In this document: piece by piece, positions 10,351-19,762 of the stretch
Position numbering within the stretch: position 1 is the stretch's first letter
Layout: each line of letters starts with the position of its first letter
From: Thermoplasmatota archaeon
GTDB taxonomy: Archaea; Thermoplasmatota; Penumbrarchaeia; Penumbrarchaeales; Penumbrarchaeaceae
Assembly (NCBI GenBank): GCA_025457865.1
Contig: JALOTP010000004.1
Coordinates: 7,684-71,683, forward strand
DNA length: 64,000 nucleotides
Direction of reading: 5' to 3'
Notes under the pieces: generated by a model
Databases searched by the model: none
Told to the model about the DNA's origin: nothing
What the model saw: the letters and a program-made list of their open reading frames with translations, nothing else
Translations under genes and position numbers: made by a program

Positions 10351-10773
10351 ATGAACGCGACTGGTAATGATATCAAATTGATACGTTCCAAGACCTACCT
10401 GAACACGTTCTGTCCCTTCTGCGGCAAGAGCCTGAACGAAAGCAATTCCGTCAGATTGAAGGTAGTGAACCATCTGGGCGAGGAGGGTGAACTGAGGATC
10501 AGTCCATATCTTAACGTCTTCACGAACGAATCGACGATAAAGGTGCCAGACCAGGTATCCGTCCGAGATATCAAGTGCGTTCACTGCGGAAAGAGCATGA
10601 TCGTTAAGGACAGAAGGTGTCCGGAATGCGAGTCCATGATAGCAGGGATAAAGATACTCGCCGTCAATAACAAGATAGATTTCTACATCTGCTCCAGGAA
10701 AGGCTGCTTTTGGCATGGTCTGAACGAGAGGGAGATACAGGATGTCATCCTAGAGGACAGCGAGGAATGGTAG
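10351..10773 (+). CDS. Small 8-Cys zinc-ribbon-type protein, paralogous to the N-terminal extension of the downstream NfnB/GltD-like subunit
   Basis: Cys pairs CPFC, CVHC, CPEC and C..C.WH. It aligns along its whole length with residues 1-135 of the 598-aa ORF, through shared blocks YLN..CP.C.KS, SPYL(N/D)VF, C..C.KS, F(Y/F)IC..KGC.WHGL. The track start is 10324, but ATG 10351 (MNATGNDIK) matches the paralogue's N-terminus. A TATA-like TTTTTATA sits at 10308..10315. Confidence 0.6.
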   Translation: MNATGNDIKLIRSKTYLNTFCPFCGKSLNESNSVRLKVVNHLGEEGELRISPYLNVFTNESTIKVPDQVSVRDIKCVHCGKSMIVKDRRCPECESMIAGIKILAVNNKIDFYICSRKGCFWHGLNEREIQDVILEDSEEW

Positions 10774-10774
10774 G

Positions 10775-11614
10775 ATGAACGAGATCGTCCGTAAGGAGGA
10801 GATGGCCAAAGGCTCCATCTACCGTTTTGACGTAAATGCCCCGGAGATAGCCCGAAAGATACTTCCGGGTCAATTCGTTATCCTCAGGGTGGTGGATGGC
10901 GGGGAGAGGATCCCCCTAACGGTTGCCGACAAAGACCCATCCAGAGGGACCATCTCCATAATCTTCCAGGTCGTGGGCAAGACCACAGCGCTCCTCAGGT
11001 CCCTTGAGGTCGGGGACAATATCAAGGACCTTGCTGGACCGCTCGGCAAGGAATCTGAGATCAAGAAGTTCGGGACTGTAGTGGTCATAGGTGGAGGTAC
11101 CGGGACCGCCATCCTTCACCACATAACAAAGGCCTTGAAAGGTGCCGGCAACGAGCTAATAGGGATCGTTGGGGCCAGGAGCAAGGACATCCTCATAATG
11201 GAGAAGGAGATGAGAGCCCTCTGCGACAGATTGATTATTACGACCGACGACGGAAGCCATGGGATGAGGGGTTTCGTCACGGATGCGCTCAAGCAGGTCC
11301 TGGATGAGAGAAAGGACATAGCATTGGTCCATGCCATAGGTCCCATAGTGATGATGAAGAACGTCTGCAGGATGACCAAGGAGTACGGGATAAGGACCAT
11401 GGTCAGCCTAAATCCGATAATGATAGATGGGACGGGTATGTGCGGTGGCTGCAGGGTCAAGGTCGATGGCAAGATGAAGTTCTGCTGCTGCGACGGTCCG
11501 GAGTTCGATGGCCATCAGGTCGATTTTGAGAACCTCGAGCTCAGGAACTCCATGTACATGAAGGAAGAGAGGGAGTCCCTGCTCCAATCCATAACACTGG
11601 AGAGAAGAAAATGA
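10775..11614 (+). CDS. NfnA/SudB-type subunit: ferredoxin-NADP reductase-like FAD/NAD(P) domain with a C-terminal 2Fe-2S Cys cluster
   Basis: Motifs GQFVILRV..GERIPLTVAD (FAD-binding barrel), VVIGGGTGTA (NAD(P) binding), and a C-terminal cluster MCGGCRVKVDGKMKFCCCDGPEF. The stop codon overlaps the next gene's start (ATGA). Confidence 0.8.
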   Translation: MNEIVRKEEMAKGSIYRFDVNAPEIARKILPGQFVILRVVDGGERIPLTVADKDPSRGTISIIFQVVGKTTALLRSLEVGDNIKDLAGPLGKESEIKKFGTVVVIGGGTGTAILHHITKALKGAGNELIGIVGARSKDILIMEKEMRALCDRLIITTDDGSHGMRGFVTDALKQVLDERKDIALVHAIGPIVMMKNVCRMTKEYGIRTMVSLNPIMIDGTGMCGGCRVKVDGKMKFCCCDGPEFDGHQVDFENLELRNSMYMKEERESLLQSITLERRK

Positions 11615-13407
11615 ACGCCCAGGACGTCAAGTACCTTAAGTTCGCCACATACCTTAACGCCTACTGCCCTCACTGCAGGAAATCCTTCAACGTCAAGACC
11701 ATGGACGAGGACGTCCTAGACTTCAGGGGGATGTATAAGGGACAGGAAGTGATGATCAAACTGAGCCCTTATCTTGACGTGTTCGACAAGTGGAGCTCCA
11801 TCCCCCTGGAGGATGGTATAGTTCTGGACGATTTCATCTGTTCCTATTGTAAGAAGAGCATCGTCGTCGGAGAGCCTAGATGCGGGATTTGCGGCTCTCC
11901 GGTAGCTGAGATGATAATATCCGCTTATGCAAAGCTCATCCCCTTCTTCATCTGTCTTAAGAAGGGGTGCGAATGGCACGGACTGACAAAGGCGGACGAG
12001 CATTACATCAAGCTCAAGATCCCGCGCCAGGACATGCCCGAACAGGACCACCGTATCCGTATCAAGAACTTCCAGGAGGTCCCTCACGGCCTTACATCGG
12101 AGCAGGCGCAACTTGAAGCGGGCAGGTGCCTTCAATGCAGGAAACCAGGCTGCGTGGACGGCTGCCCTGTGAACGTTGACATCCCGAATTTCATAAGGCT
12201 CATCAGGGAAGGGAGAACGGTAGAGGCGGCCATCAAGATCAAGGAGCGGAACATCCTCCCATCCGTCTGCGGCCGGGTCTGCCCTCAGGAGGACCAATGC
12301 GAGAAAGGTTGCGTCCTCGGAAAAAGGGACAAACCTGTGGCCATAGGGAACCTTGAGAGGTATGTTGCCGATTTCGAAAGGGCCATGGGCTCGGTCGATA
12401 TCCCGCAGGTGACCGAATGCATGGACAGGAAGGTGGCCGTTGTAGGTTCAGGTCCCGGCGGCCTGACCTGTGCTGCCGACCTGACAAGACTAGGCTACGA
12501 AGTCACCATCTTCGAGGCCTTTCATCAATCAGGGGGTGTCCTTGGCTATGGCATTCCTCAGTTCAGGCTCCCAAAGGAGATAATGGCAAAGGAGATAGAG
12601 TACCTCAAGGAGCTGGGATGCCAGATCAAGCTCAATGCGGTCATAGGCCGTCTCTACACGGTAGAAGAGCTCCTGAAGGACTACGAAGCGGTCTATCTGG
12701 GAGTCGGGGCAGGTCTGCCCAAGTTCCTTGACATTCCGGGAGAGGACCTCAACAACGTGGTCTCCGCAAATGAATACCTCACACGCATCAATCTGATGAG
12801 GGCCTACAGGTTTCCCGACACCGATACTCCTCTACCTCAGGGCGACAGGGTCGCAGTCATAGGGGGTGGGAACGTTGCCATGGACTCGGCCAGATGCGCC
12901 CTCAGGACCGGGGCCAAGAAGGTGACCGTAATATACAGGAGGACAAGGGGGGAACTACCTGCAAGGAAAGACGAGGTCGTGCATGCCGAGGATGAGGGCA
13001 TAGAGTTCATGTACCTCACGAATCCGGTCAAGTTCATAGGGGACAAGAGGAATTGGGTCAGGGGCATAGAATGCGAAAAGATGCAGTTGGGGGAACCGGA
13101 TGCATCAGGGAGGAGAAAACCAGTACCTGCCCCCGGTTCGAACTTCGTCTTTGATTGCGATGTCGTGATAGTGGCTGTGGGTACCGACGCAAATCCGCTG
13201 ATATTCGATACAACCCCCGACCTAAAGAGGGATAAGAAGGGCTATATCATCGTGGACCCGAAGACCATGGAAACCTCGAAGGAGTTCGTCTATGCGGGCG
13301 GTGATATCGTAACAGGTTCGGCCACGGTCATCCAGGCAATGGGGTCCGGGAGATTGGCCGCAAAGGCCATACATGAAAAGCTCTCAGGAAAGAAGAAGCG
13401 GACCTGA
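11611..13407 (+). CDS. NfnB/SudA/GltD-like NADPH-dependent oxidoreductase (glutamate synthase small-subunit family) with an extra ~135-aa N-terminal Cys-rich domain
   Basis: Core motifs: EAGRCLQCRKPGCVDGCPVNVDIPNFI, GRVCPQEDQCEKGC, two Rossmann motifs (VAVVGSGPGGL and VAVIGGGNVAMD), and YAGGDIVTG. Residues 1-135 duplicate the upstream 140-aa protein. Confidence 0.85.
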   Translation: MNAQDVKYLKFATYLNAYCPHCRKSFNVKTMDEDVLDFRGMYKGQEVMIKLSPYLDVFDKWSSIPLEDGIVLDDFICSYCKKSIVVGEPRCGICGSPVAEMIISAYAKLIPFFICLKKGCEWHGLTKADEHYIKLKIPRQDMPEQDHRIRIKNFQEVPHGLTSEQAQLEAGRCLQCRKPGCVDGCPVNVDIPNFIRLIREGRTVEAAIKIKERNILPSVCGRVCPQEDQCEKGCVLGKRDKPVAIGNLERYVADFERAMGSVDIPQVTECMDRKVAVVGSGPGGLTCAADLTRLGYEVTIFEAFHQSGGVLGYGIPQFRLPKEIMAKEIEYLKELGCQIKLNAVIGRLYTVEELLKDYEAVYLGVGAGLPKFLDIPGEDLNNVVSANEYLTRINLMRAYRFPDTDTPLPQGDRVAVIGGGNVAMDSARCALRTGAKKVTVIYRRTRGELPARKDEVVHAEDEGIEFMYLTNPVKFIGDKRNWVRGIECEKMQLGEPDASGRRKPVPAPGSNFVFDCDVVIVAVGTDANPLIFDTTPDLKRDKKGYIIVDPKTMETSKEFVYAGGDIVTGSATVIQAMGSGRLAAKAIHEKLSGKKKRT

Positions 13408-13436
13408 AGGCTTCTCATCGGACCACAGTTGGAACA

Positions 13437-14891
13437 TCAAAGCTTTCCTTTGATATCATAGGTGCCAAGGAGCATTCCATGCCCAGGTCTCTCCATGGAG
13501 CTCGAAGCGGTCACGACATGATCGATGCTGTCAAGGGCCCCGGCCCTCTTCGCGGTCCTGACCGCATCCATCATCCTTCCCTCTACGGACCCTTTGCCAT
13601 CGGCTCCTGAATGGATGGGCTCGACCCCCCAGACCAGTTCCATTTCCAGCGCCGTCCTCAATGAAGGCGTCACTGCCACTATGGCCATTCCGGGCCTGTA
13701 CTTCGATATCATCCTTGCGGTATGCCCCGTTCTTGTGTAGGCGACGATCTTACCTTTGAGCTCCCTTTCGTTCAGCTCCTTGACCAGGGTGAACACGGCA
13801 TGTCCCGAAGCCTCCACAAGCGAGCTCGAGCCGGAGTCGTAGTAATCCGGGTCCCTAGCCGGTAGCTCCTGCTCTGCCCTCGTGATGATGTCGGTCATGA
13901 AGCTGACAGCGGCGACGGGGTGCTTTCCCAACGACGTCTCGCCAGACAGCATGACCGCATCGGCGCCGTCGAGAACCGCATTGAAAACGTCGCTCGCCTC
14001 TGCCCTGGTCGGTCTCGAATGCTCGACCATGGACTCTAGCATCTGGGTCGCTACTATGACCGGTTTCCCTGCCTTGTTGCATTCCCTGCAGAGGGTCTTC
14101 TGGGCCACAGGGACCTCCTGCGGCGGTATCTCGACCCCGAGGTCCCCCCTTGCGACCATTATCCCGTCCGCCTTCTTGATTATGCTCGACATGTTCTCCA
14201 GGGCCTTTGGCCTTTCGATCTTTGCGATTATCTTTGGTCTATCGTTCCCGTTCTCTGCAAGGACCTTCCTTATTGCCGAGACATCGATCGATGAGCCGAT
14301 GAACGAACCGGCGACATATTCCGGGTCAAGCTCGGCTATGAGCGCGAGGTCTTTTCTGTCCTTCTCGGTGGGGAAATCCACCTCCACCTTGGTGCTGGGG
14401 ATATTGCATCCCTTACGGTCAGATACCATTCCCCCTGACCGGACCTCGCAGAGGAGGCCTCCCTCCTTCTTACCTGTGACCCTCAGCCTTATGATGCCGT
14501 CGTTGATGAAGACCTGGTCACCCTCTACCAGGTCCCTCTCCAGGCGGGGGTAGTCTATGGTGAACCTAGAGATGGTTCCCGTTATCTGCTTCGAGGTGAC
14601 CATTACCCTCTCCCCTTCCTTGAGCAGGAATGGGGCCCGCATCCTTCCGGTCCTGATCTTGGGACCCTGGATGTCGCAGAGGACAGCAAGGCCCCCGCAC
14701 TCCCTGGATACCTTCCTCAATGTCTTGAAGACCTTGCTGGTATGGGCATGGTCACCGTGCGAGAAGTTGAGCCTGGCAACGTTCATCCCTGCCTTGACCA
14801 TCTCCTTCAGGGTGCTCTCCTCCTCGGATGCCGGGCCTATGGTGCATACTATCTTCGTCCTCTTCCTTGGCCCTGTTCGCTTCACGGTCAT
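13437..14891 (-). CDS. pyk: Pyruvate kinase
   Basis: RKRTKIVCTIGPAS...MNVARLNFSHG...IIAKIERPKALEN...MVARGDLGVEIP...VATQMLESM. I trimmed the start to ATG 14891 (MTVKRTGP). The track's longer N-terminus has no homology-like content. Confidence 0.9.
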   Translation of the reverse strand: MTVKRTGPRKRTKIVCTIGPASEEESTLKEMVKAGMNVARLNFSHGDHAHTSKVFKTLRKVSRECGGLAVLCDIQGPKIRTGRMRAPFLLKEGERVMVTSKQITGTISRFTIDYPRLERDLVEGDQVFINDGIIRLRVTGKKEGGLLCEVRSGGMVSDRKGCNIPSTKVEVDFPTEKDRKDLALIAELDPEYVAGSFIGSSIDVSAIRKVLAENGNDRPKIIAKIERPKALENMSSIIKKADGIMVARGDLGVEIPPQEVPVAQKTLCRECNKAGKPVIVATQMLESMVEHSRPTRAEASDVFNAVLDGADAVMLSGETSLGKHPVAAVSFMTDIITRAEQELPARDPDYYDSGSSSLVEASGHAVFTLVKELNERELKGKIVAYTRTGHTARMISKYRPGMAIVAVTPSLRTALEMELVWGVEPIHSGADGKGSVEGRMMDAVRTAKRAGALDSIDHVVTASSSMERPGHGMLLGTYDIKGKL

Positions 14892-14992
14892 GGTACGTTC
14901 CCCTACTGTGATGTACGTTCCGTAATTCAAATTTCCCTTTGATGGGCAAGAGATATGTAGCCCATAGGTGCGTCCGAGGGAGCGTGTCAAGA

Positions 14993-15733
14993 GTGAGATG
15001 GAGGCTCATAGGGCCTGAAGTTATTGGACCCGAGCTTGCCCTTGCACTGGACGAGGTAGTGCTTGGTTCGGTCGCATCAGGTGCCTCTCCCCTTATCAGG
15101 TTCTGGACCTGGGAAAGGAGGGCGGTGACCCTGGGAAGCTTCCAGATGGCCTCGGACGAGATATATCTGGACCGGTGCAGGGATGATGGGGTCCCGGTCA
15201 TCAGGAGGATAACGGGTGGAGGATGCATGTTCCATGCTCCAGGAAAGGAGCTGATATATTCCGTCACCCTGCCCTCATCGGAGGTCCCGTCTAGCATCCC
15301 CGCATCCTACGCTGCGCTCCAGACCCCTGTGCTCCAAGCGGTCCAAGACCTAGGCGTCAAGGCATCGATCATAGAGAACAGCATCATGATAGGACCGAGG
15401 AAGGTGTCGGGCTCGTCCCAGAGGAGGGTGAAGGGAGCGGTCCTCCATCACGGGACGCTCCTCATTGATGTTGACGAGGAAGAGATGTTCCGCTATATCA
15501 AAGGCGACAAGGTGGTCCCCAGCGGGAAGGGGACATGTTCCACATACAGGCCGGTCACATCGCTGAGGGAGCACATAGACATCGATGTCGGTAGGCTGTC
15601 GAAGGCTATTGTCGAGAGGTTCATGGAGGGTAGGGAGTGGGAGCGGTCGGAATGGACCGAAGCGGAGTTGGACAGGGCCAGGGAGCTCGCCAGTAAGAAA
15701 TATTCGTCCGACGAATGGAATATTAAATTATGA
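14993..15733 (+). CDS. lplA: Lipoate-protein ligase A (catalytic domain type)
   Basis: Motifs RRITGGGCMFH and GPRKVSGSSQRR (lipoyl-AMP binding Lys region). The probable start is GTG 14993, giving (M)RWRLIGPEV. ATG 14939 is in frame and possible but adds a non-conserved leader. Confidence 0.8.
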   Translation: MRWRLIGPEVIGPELALALDEVVLGSVASGASPLIRFWTWERRAVTLGSFQMASDEIYLDRCRDDGVPVIRRITGGGCMFHAPGKELIYSVTLPSSEVPSSIPASYAALQTPVLQAVQDLGVKASIIENSIMIGPRKVSGSSQRRVKGAVLHHGTLLIDVDEEEMFRYIKGDKVVPSGKGTCSTYRPVTSLREHIDIDVGRLSKAIVERFMEGREWERSEWTEAELDRARELASKKYSSDEWNIKL

Positions 15734-15806
15734 TACTGTTTTTAATATAATATATTGAAAAAGATAAGAATAACAAAGTACGTGTTATTATAATATAAAT
15801 ATACCC

Positions 15807-16625
15807 TCACCTTTTTTTATTATCTTGTATTAATTTGAGCTCTAGAAGGTCGAATGTTGTGTCTATGAACGACCTCCATTCCGGCCTCCTATCTTTAAGG
15901 ATATAATGGTTGGTCCTCTTCATGATATCTATCCAATTCCCTCTGAATTGGTCCCTTCTCGTTAAAAGGTTCTCCATGAACTCATTTACCCCCAATTCAT
16001 CGTCCATTAGCTCCAATTGCATCGAAAGGGCTTTGAATATTCTATCTTTATCGACATCTTTTTCCATGGAGAATTTGATATCATAGATATCCTTACCTTC
16101 CAATCTATTACTAGCAGCGAGCAATTTCTGGGCGATAAGGTCCTCAAAGGAATAGACCGGTACAAGTGATGGGTCTGTTGGGGTCAGTGTGGACAAGACC
16201 ACCTTTCTCTCCACCTTTGATGAGCTAAAGGGTCTGTCCTTGCCTGTATTGAAATCTAGCATGACCCTATCCTTTTGATCGAACTCATTATTGTAAAAAG
16301 CATCGAACCTTGCGGTAGAGTACAACATCCTCGGTCCGGAAATTATGAACCCTTCTATCCCATCCATTTTTTTTCGAATGAGTCCTAACCTGTCCTTCAC
16401 CCTTCCTGGTCCGAATAGATCAGCATCTATATCCTCGGAGAACCTCTGGTCCTTTCCTAGGTACAACCTGTTGATGGCTGTTCCACCTTTGATCGCGAAC
16501 TCTACATCATCCCATTCTACCAGGGCACCAAGGAGCATAGATATCCTATGGTCCTTAGAGATGTAATTAAGACCAAGGCCAGTTCTCCTTGAGATCAATC
16601 TTATCATATCTCTGTCAAAATCCAT
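15807..16625 (-). CDS. AbiEii/AbiGii-family nucleotidyltransferase toxin (type IV TA / abortive infection)
   Basis: Hallmark block YISKDHRISMLLGALVEWDDVEFAIKGGTAINRLYLGKDQRFSEDIDADLFG. It lies directly downstream of, and overlaps, the AbiEi-like gene. The codon usage is AT-rich. The alternative start is 16679. Confidence 0.75.
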   Translation of the reverse strand: MDFDRDMIRLISRRTGLGLNYISKDHRISMLLGALVEWDDVEFAIKGGTAINRLYLGKDQRFSEDIDADLFGPGRVKDRLGLIRKKMDGIEGFIISGPRMLYSTARFDAFYNNEFDQKDRVMLDFNTGKDRPFSSSKVERKVVLSTLTPTDPSLVPVYSFEDLIAQKLLAASNRLEGKDIYDIKFSMEKDVDKDRIFKALSMQLELMDDELGVNEFMENLLTRRDQFRGNWIDIMKRTNHYILKDRRPEWRSFIDTTFDLLELKLIQDNKKR

Positions 16626-17406
16626 ATCTACCACCTCTCCAGACCTCAGGCCCGAGGTTGTCCTGGACCTTCCACTCACGGTCCATTTTACCTTTGAGCA
16701 TTAAGCTAGGGGCCAATCTCGTCGGGGTCCTCACAGATACCTTGAGTCTGGACAGAAAGGCATCCACATCCTCCGATGAACCTCTGTCGAAAATGTTAGA
16801 TACGATGAACCCCACCCTCTGACGCATCGGATCGGTCCCCATCTTATCTAGGTAAAAACCGAACTTCTCCCATGAGAAATTCCTCATCTGGAGCAATGCC
16901 TTCGTTAAGTTCTGATATCCCCCTGAGTGCTGGGGCTTGTAGAAGCAATCGAAGATGGTCTTTTCAAGGTCTGAAACCCAGATATCATCGATAATGATCT
17001 GACCGCGACATCTGGTCCCTATAGACACGTATTGGACCTCGTAGGCTCCTAATGCTATGATTCCTGACCTTTTTGGAGTTGCTACCATGATCGTGAATGT
17101 CTCATAGTCCAGAAGCTCATGGACCTTTAGGGCAGTATCGAACGCTATGTAACCTCCATAGACCTGGGGGGCTGCCTTGTAGATCAAGGTAGTATCTAAC
17201 CCTCTCTTTCCCGAGGCCACATAGAACCCGTTCTTTAGCCGGAGCAGTTCCCCCTTCATGATGAGACTGCTTATGCATTTATCAAGGTTCTTATCCTTGA
17301 CCTCTGGCAGGGTTTCCTTAAGTGATGCTTTATCAATGAACAAAGCCTCATCGATGACACTTACTATCTTCTGTTCTGTTGGGGTCAAGTAGTAATTTGT
17401 ATCCAT
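16615..17406 (-). CDS. AbiEi-family antitoxin / wHTH transcriptional regulator
   Basis: N-terminal winged-helix segment (LTPTEQKIVSVIDEALFIDKASLKE...LIMKGELLRLKNGFYV). The size and pairing with AbiEii are typical of AbiE modules. Confidence 0.7.
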   Translation of the reverse strand: MDTNYYLTPTEQKIVSVIDEALFIDKASLKETLPEVKDKNLDKCISSLIMKGELLRLKNGFYVASGKRGLDTTLIYKAAPQVYGGYIAFDTALKVHELLDYETFTIMVATPKRSGIIALGAYEVQYVSIGTRCRGQIIIDDIWVSDLEKTIFDCFYKPQHSGGYQNLTKALLQMRNFSWEKFGFYLDKMGTDPMRQRVGFIVSNIFDRGSSEDVDAFLSRLKVSVRTPTRLAPSLMLKGKMDREWKVQDNLGPEVWRGGRYGF

Positions 17407-17549
17407 ATATCCCCCTTAGGGCAGTATATGTTTATAAATTTTACTAATATTTTTTTTTAAAATGCCCATCATTTTATAAAAGAATTTAATAAACAATATT
17501 ATTGAGTAGTTATATGGCTAATATGTCCTTGAAAAAAAGCTTCAAACGC

Positions 17550-18791
17550 TCAGGCCATAAGTTTGCCTGGGTTCTCAAGGTATCCTTTTAGAGTGTTCAA
17601 GAACCTGGCCACCTCGGCTCCGTCAACTATCCTGTGGTCGAATGAGACGGAAATCCCCATGACCTTCCTCACAGCTATCTGGCCGTCAACGACCCTGGGA
17701 GCATCCCTTATCTGCCCCAGTCCCAGGATGGCCGCTTCGGGATAGTTGATTATTGGGACCCCGTAGATGCCCCCTATGGAACCGAAGTTGGAGATCGTAA
17801 AGGTCCCGCCCCTGAGGTCTGCAAGGTCTATGGTCCTCTCCCTTGTCATCTTGATGAGGTTGTCCATATCCTTCTGGACCTCGACGAGCCCCTTCTCCTC
17901 GCACCTCTTGACGACGGGTACTATGAGACCTTCGGACGTATCCGTTGCCACACCTATGTTGTAGTAGCTCTTCAGGACTATCTCCTGGTTCTCCTCGTCC
18001 AGTGTGGAATTCAGCGAGGGGTGCTTCATTAAAGATAGCATTACGGCCTTTATTATGAAAGGCATGAAGGTGAGCTTTTCGCCCTTTGGCTCGAGCTCTT
18101 CGTTCATTCCCTTCCTGAAGTCCCATAAGGCCGTCATGTCCACATCGTCCATGGCCGTCGCATGCGGGGCCGTGAACTTCGATGTTGTGAGCTTTCCGCC
18201 TATGATCTCCCTCAGGCCCTTGTAAGGGGCATAGGATATGTGTCCGTAGAAATCATAGTTCAATCTCACTCGGATAGCTGGCTTCTTCTCCTGTCCGGGG
18301 ACGGGTGTTGGTCCGGCAACCTTCCTCTGGTCCTGAGAATAGGAATTGACATCCTCCTCGGTTATCCTCCCGCCGGGACCGGTCCCTATGACGAGAGCGA
18401 GGTCAACTCCCTTGTCCTTGGCGAGCTTCCTGACCTTGGGGAGGGCAATGACCTTCTCACTGGTTGAGGCCTGCGGGGACTCCGCTTTAGGTTCGGATGC
18501 TCCCACAGTGTTAATGGACGCAGCGGTAGTTGCAGGGACCTTCGCAGCATCCCCCTCGCCGCCTATCGTTATCATCACCTGACCGACCTTCACTTTCTCT
18601 CCTGCAGGTACCATTATCGAGAGGACCTTGCCCCCTACGGGCGATGGCATATCGACTATGGCCTTGTCGGTCTCGACCTCCGCAAGGTTCTCGTCCTCCT
18701 TGACCATGTCCCCTTCCTTCACGAGCCATCTCTTGATCCTGCCCTCGGTTATTCCCTCCCCGACGTCGGGGAACTTGAACTCCGTCACCAT
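17550..18791 (-). CDS. 2-oxoacid dehydrogenase E2 (dihydrolipoamide acyltransferase)
   Basis: Lipoyl domain (LAEVETDKAIVDMPSP), peripheral-subunit-binding domain (LPKVRKLAKDKGVDLALVIGTGPGGRITEEDV), and catalytic SFDHRIVDGAEVARFL. Confidence 0.9.
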   Translation of the reverse strand: MVTEFKFPDVGEGITEGRIKRWLVKEGDMVKEDENLAEVETDKAIVDMPSPVGGKVLSIMVPAGEKVKVGQVMITIGGEGDAAKVPATTAASINTVGASEPKAESPQASTSEKVIALPKVRKLAKDKGVDLALVIGTGPGGRITEEDVNSYSQDQRKVAGPTPVPGQEKKPAIRVRLNYDFYGHISYAPYKGLREIIGGKLTTSKFTAPHATAMDDVDMTALWDFRKGMNEELEPKGEKLTFMPFIIKAVMLSLMKHPSLNSTLDEENQEIVLKSYYNIGVATDTSEGLIVPVVKRCEEKGLVEVQKDMDNLIKMTRERTIDLADLRGGTFTISNFGSIGGIYGVPIINYPEAAILGLGQIRDAPRVVDGQIAVRKVMGISVSFDHRIVDGAEVARFLNTLKGYLENPGKLMA

Positions 18792-19762
18792 GTGAGGACC
18801 TCCCTCATGCCCTTGACTATCCTGTCAACATCGGGCAGCGCCCAATGCTCCATCTTGTAGAACGGGAACGGTATATCGAACCCTGTGACCCTCTTCGGGG
18901 GTGCCTCCATGCTGTCAAGCAGGTCCTCCGATACCCTTGTGATGACCTCGGAGGCGAACCCTGTCATCCTTGGCGCCTCTTGAACCACGACCAACCTGCC
19001 TGTCCTCTTCACCGATGCATTGACGGTCGTCTCGTCGTAGGGTGAGATGGACCTGATGTCTATCACCTCGGTCGAGGTACCCTTCTTGCTGACCAGTTCA
19101 GCGGCCTTCAGGAGCTTGGGTATCATCGCCCCCCATCCGACAAGTGTCAGGTCCGTCCCTTCCCTAAGGACCTTGGCCTTCCCCAGTTCCACCGTGTAGG
19201 CGTCCTCCGGGACAGGCTCCCTGTAGGCCCTGTAGAGCCTTGTGGATTCGAGGAACACCACCGGGTCCGGGTCCCTTATGGACGATATCAGAAGTCCTTT
19301 GGCGTCATAGGGCGTTGAGGGAACGACGACCTTCAGGCCAGGAATGTGGGCCAGTATGGATTCGAAGCTCTCGGCATGATGCTCCAGCGCCCTAATCCCC
19401 CCGCCGTAGGGGGTCCTTATGACCATGGGGACCGTGTGCCTGCCCATGGTCCTGTTCCTGAGCCTTGAGGCATGGTTCGAGAGCTGGTCCAGGGCAGGCC
19501 AGAGGAAACCCATGAACTGGACCTCGGCAACTGGTCTGAACCCGGCAAGGGCCATTCCTATCGAGAACCCCATGATCCCGGACTCGGCAAGGGGTGTGTC
19601 AACGACCCTGTCCGGACCGAACCTCTTCTGCAGGCCTTCGGTTATCCTGAAGACACCACCGTTGACCCCCACGTCCTCTCCAAGGACCAGGACCCTCTCG
19701 TCAAGGTCCATCTCGTTCAGGAGCGCACTGTTCAGCGCTTCTGCCATGTTCATCTCCTTCAT
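18785..19762 (-). CDS. 2-oxoacid dehydrogenase E1 beta subunit
   Basis: MKEMNMAEALNSALLNEMDLDERVLVLGEDVG...DTPLAESGIMGFSIGMA. I trimmed the start to ATG 19762, which forms an ATGA overlap with the E1alpha stop. The track's extra 75 aa overlap E1alpha. Confidence 0.9.
   Translation of the reverse strand: MKEMNMAEALNSALLNEMDLDERVLVLGEDVGVNGGVFRITEGLQKRFGPDRVVDTPLAESGIMGFSIGMALAGFRPVAEVQFMGFLWPALDQLSNHASRLRNRTMGRHTVPMVIRTPYGGGIRALEHHAESFESILAHIPGLKVVVPSTPYDAKGLLISSIRDPDPVVFLESTRLYRAYREPVPEDAYTVELGKAKVLREGTDLTLVGWGAMIPKLLKAAELVSKKGTSTEVIDIRSISPYDETTVNASVKRTGRLVVVQEAPRMTGFASEVITRVSEDLLDSMEAPPKRVTGFDIPFPFYKMEHWALPDVDRIVKGMREVLTW

Noticed and set aside
10270-10716. A 148-aa minus-strand ORF overlapping the small Cys-rich gene.
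   Set aside because: The + strand frame has clear paralogy to the NfnB N-terminal domain and operon context. The minus-strand ORF has neither.
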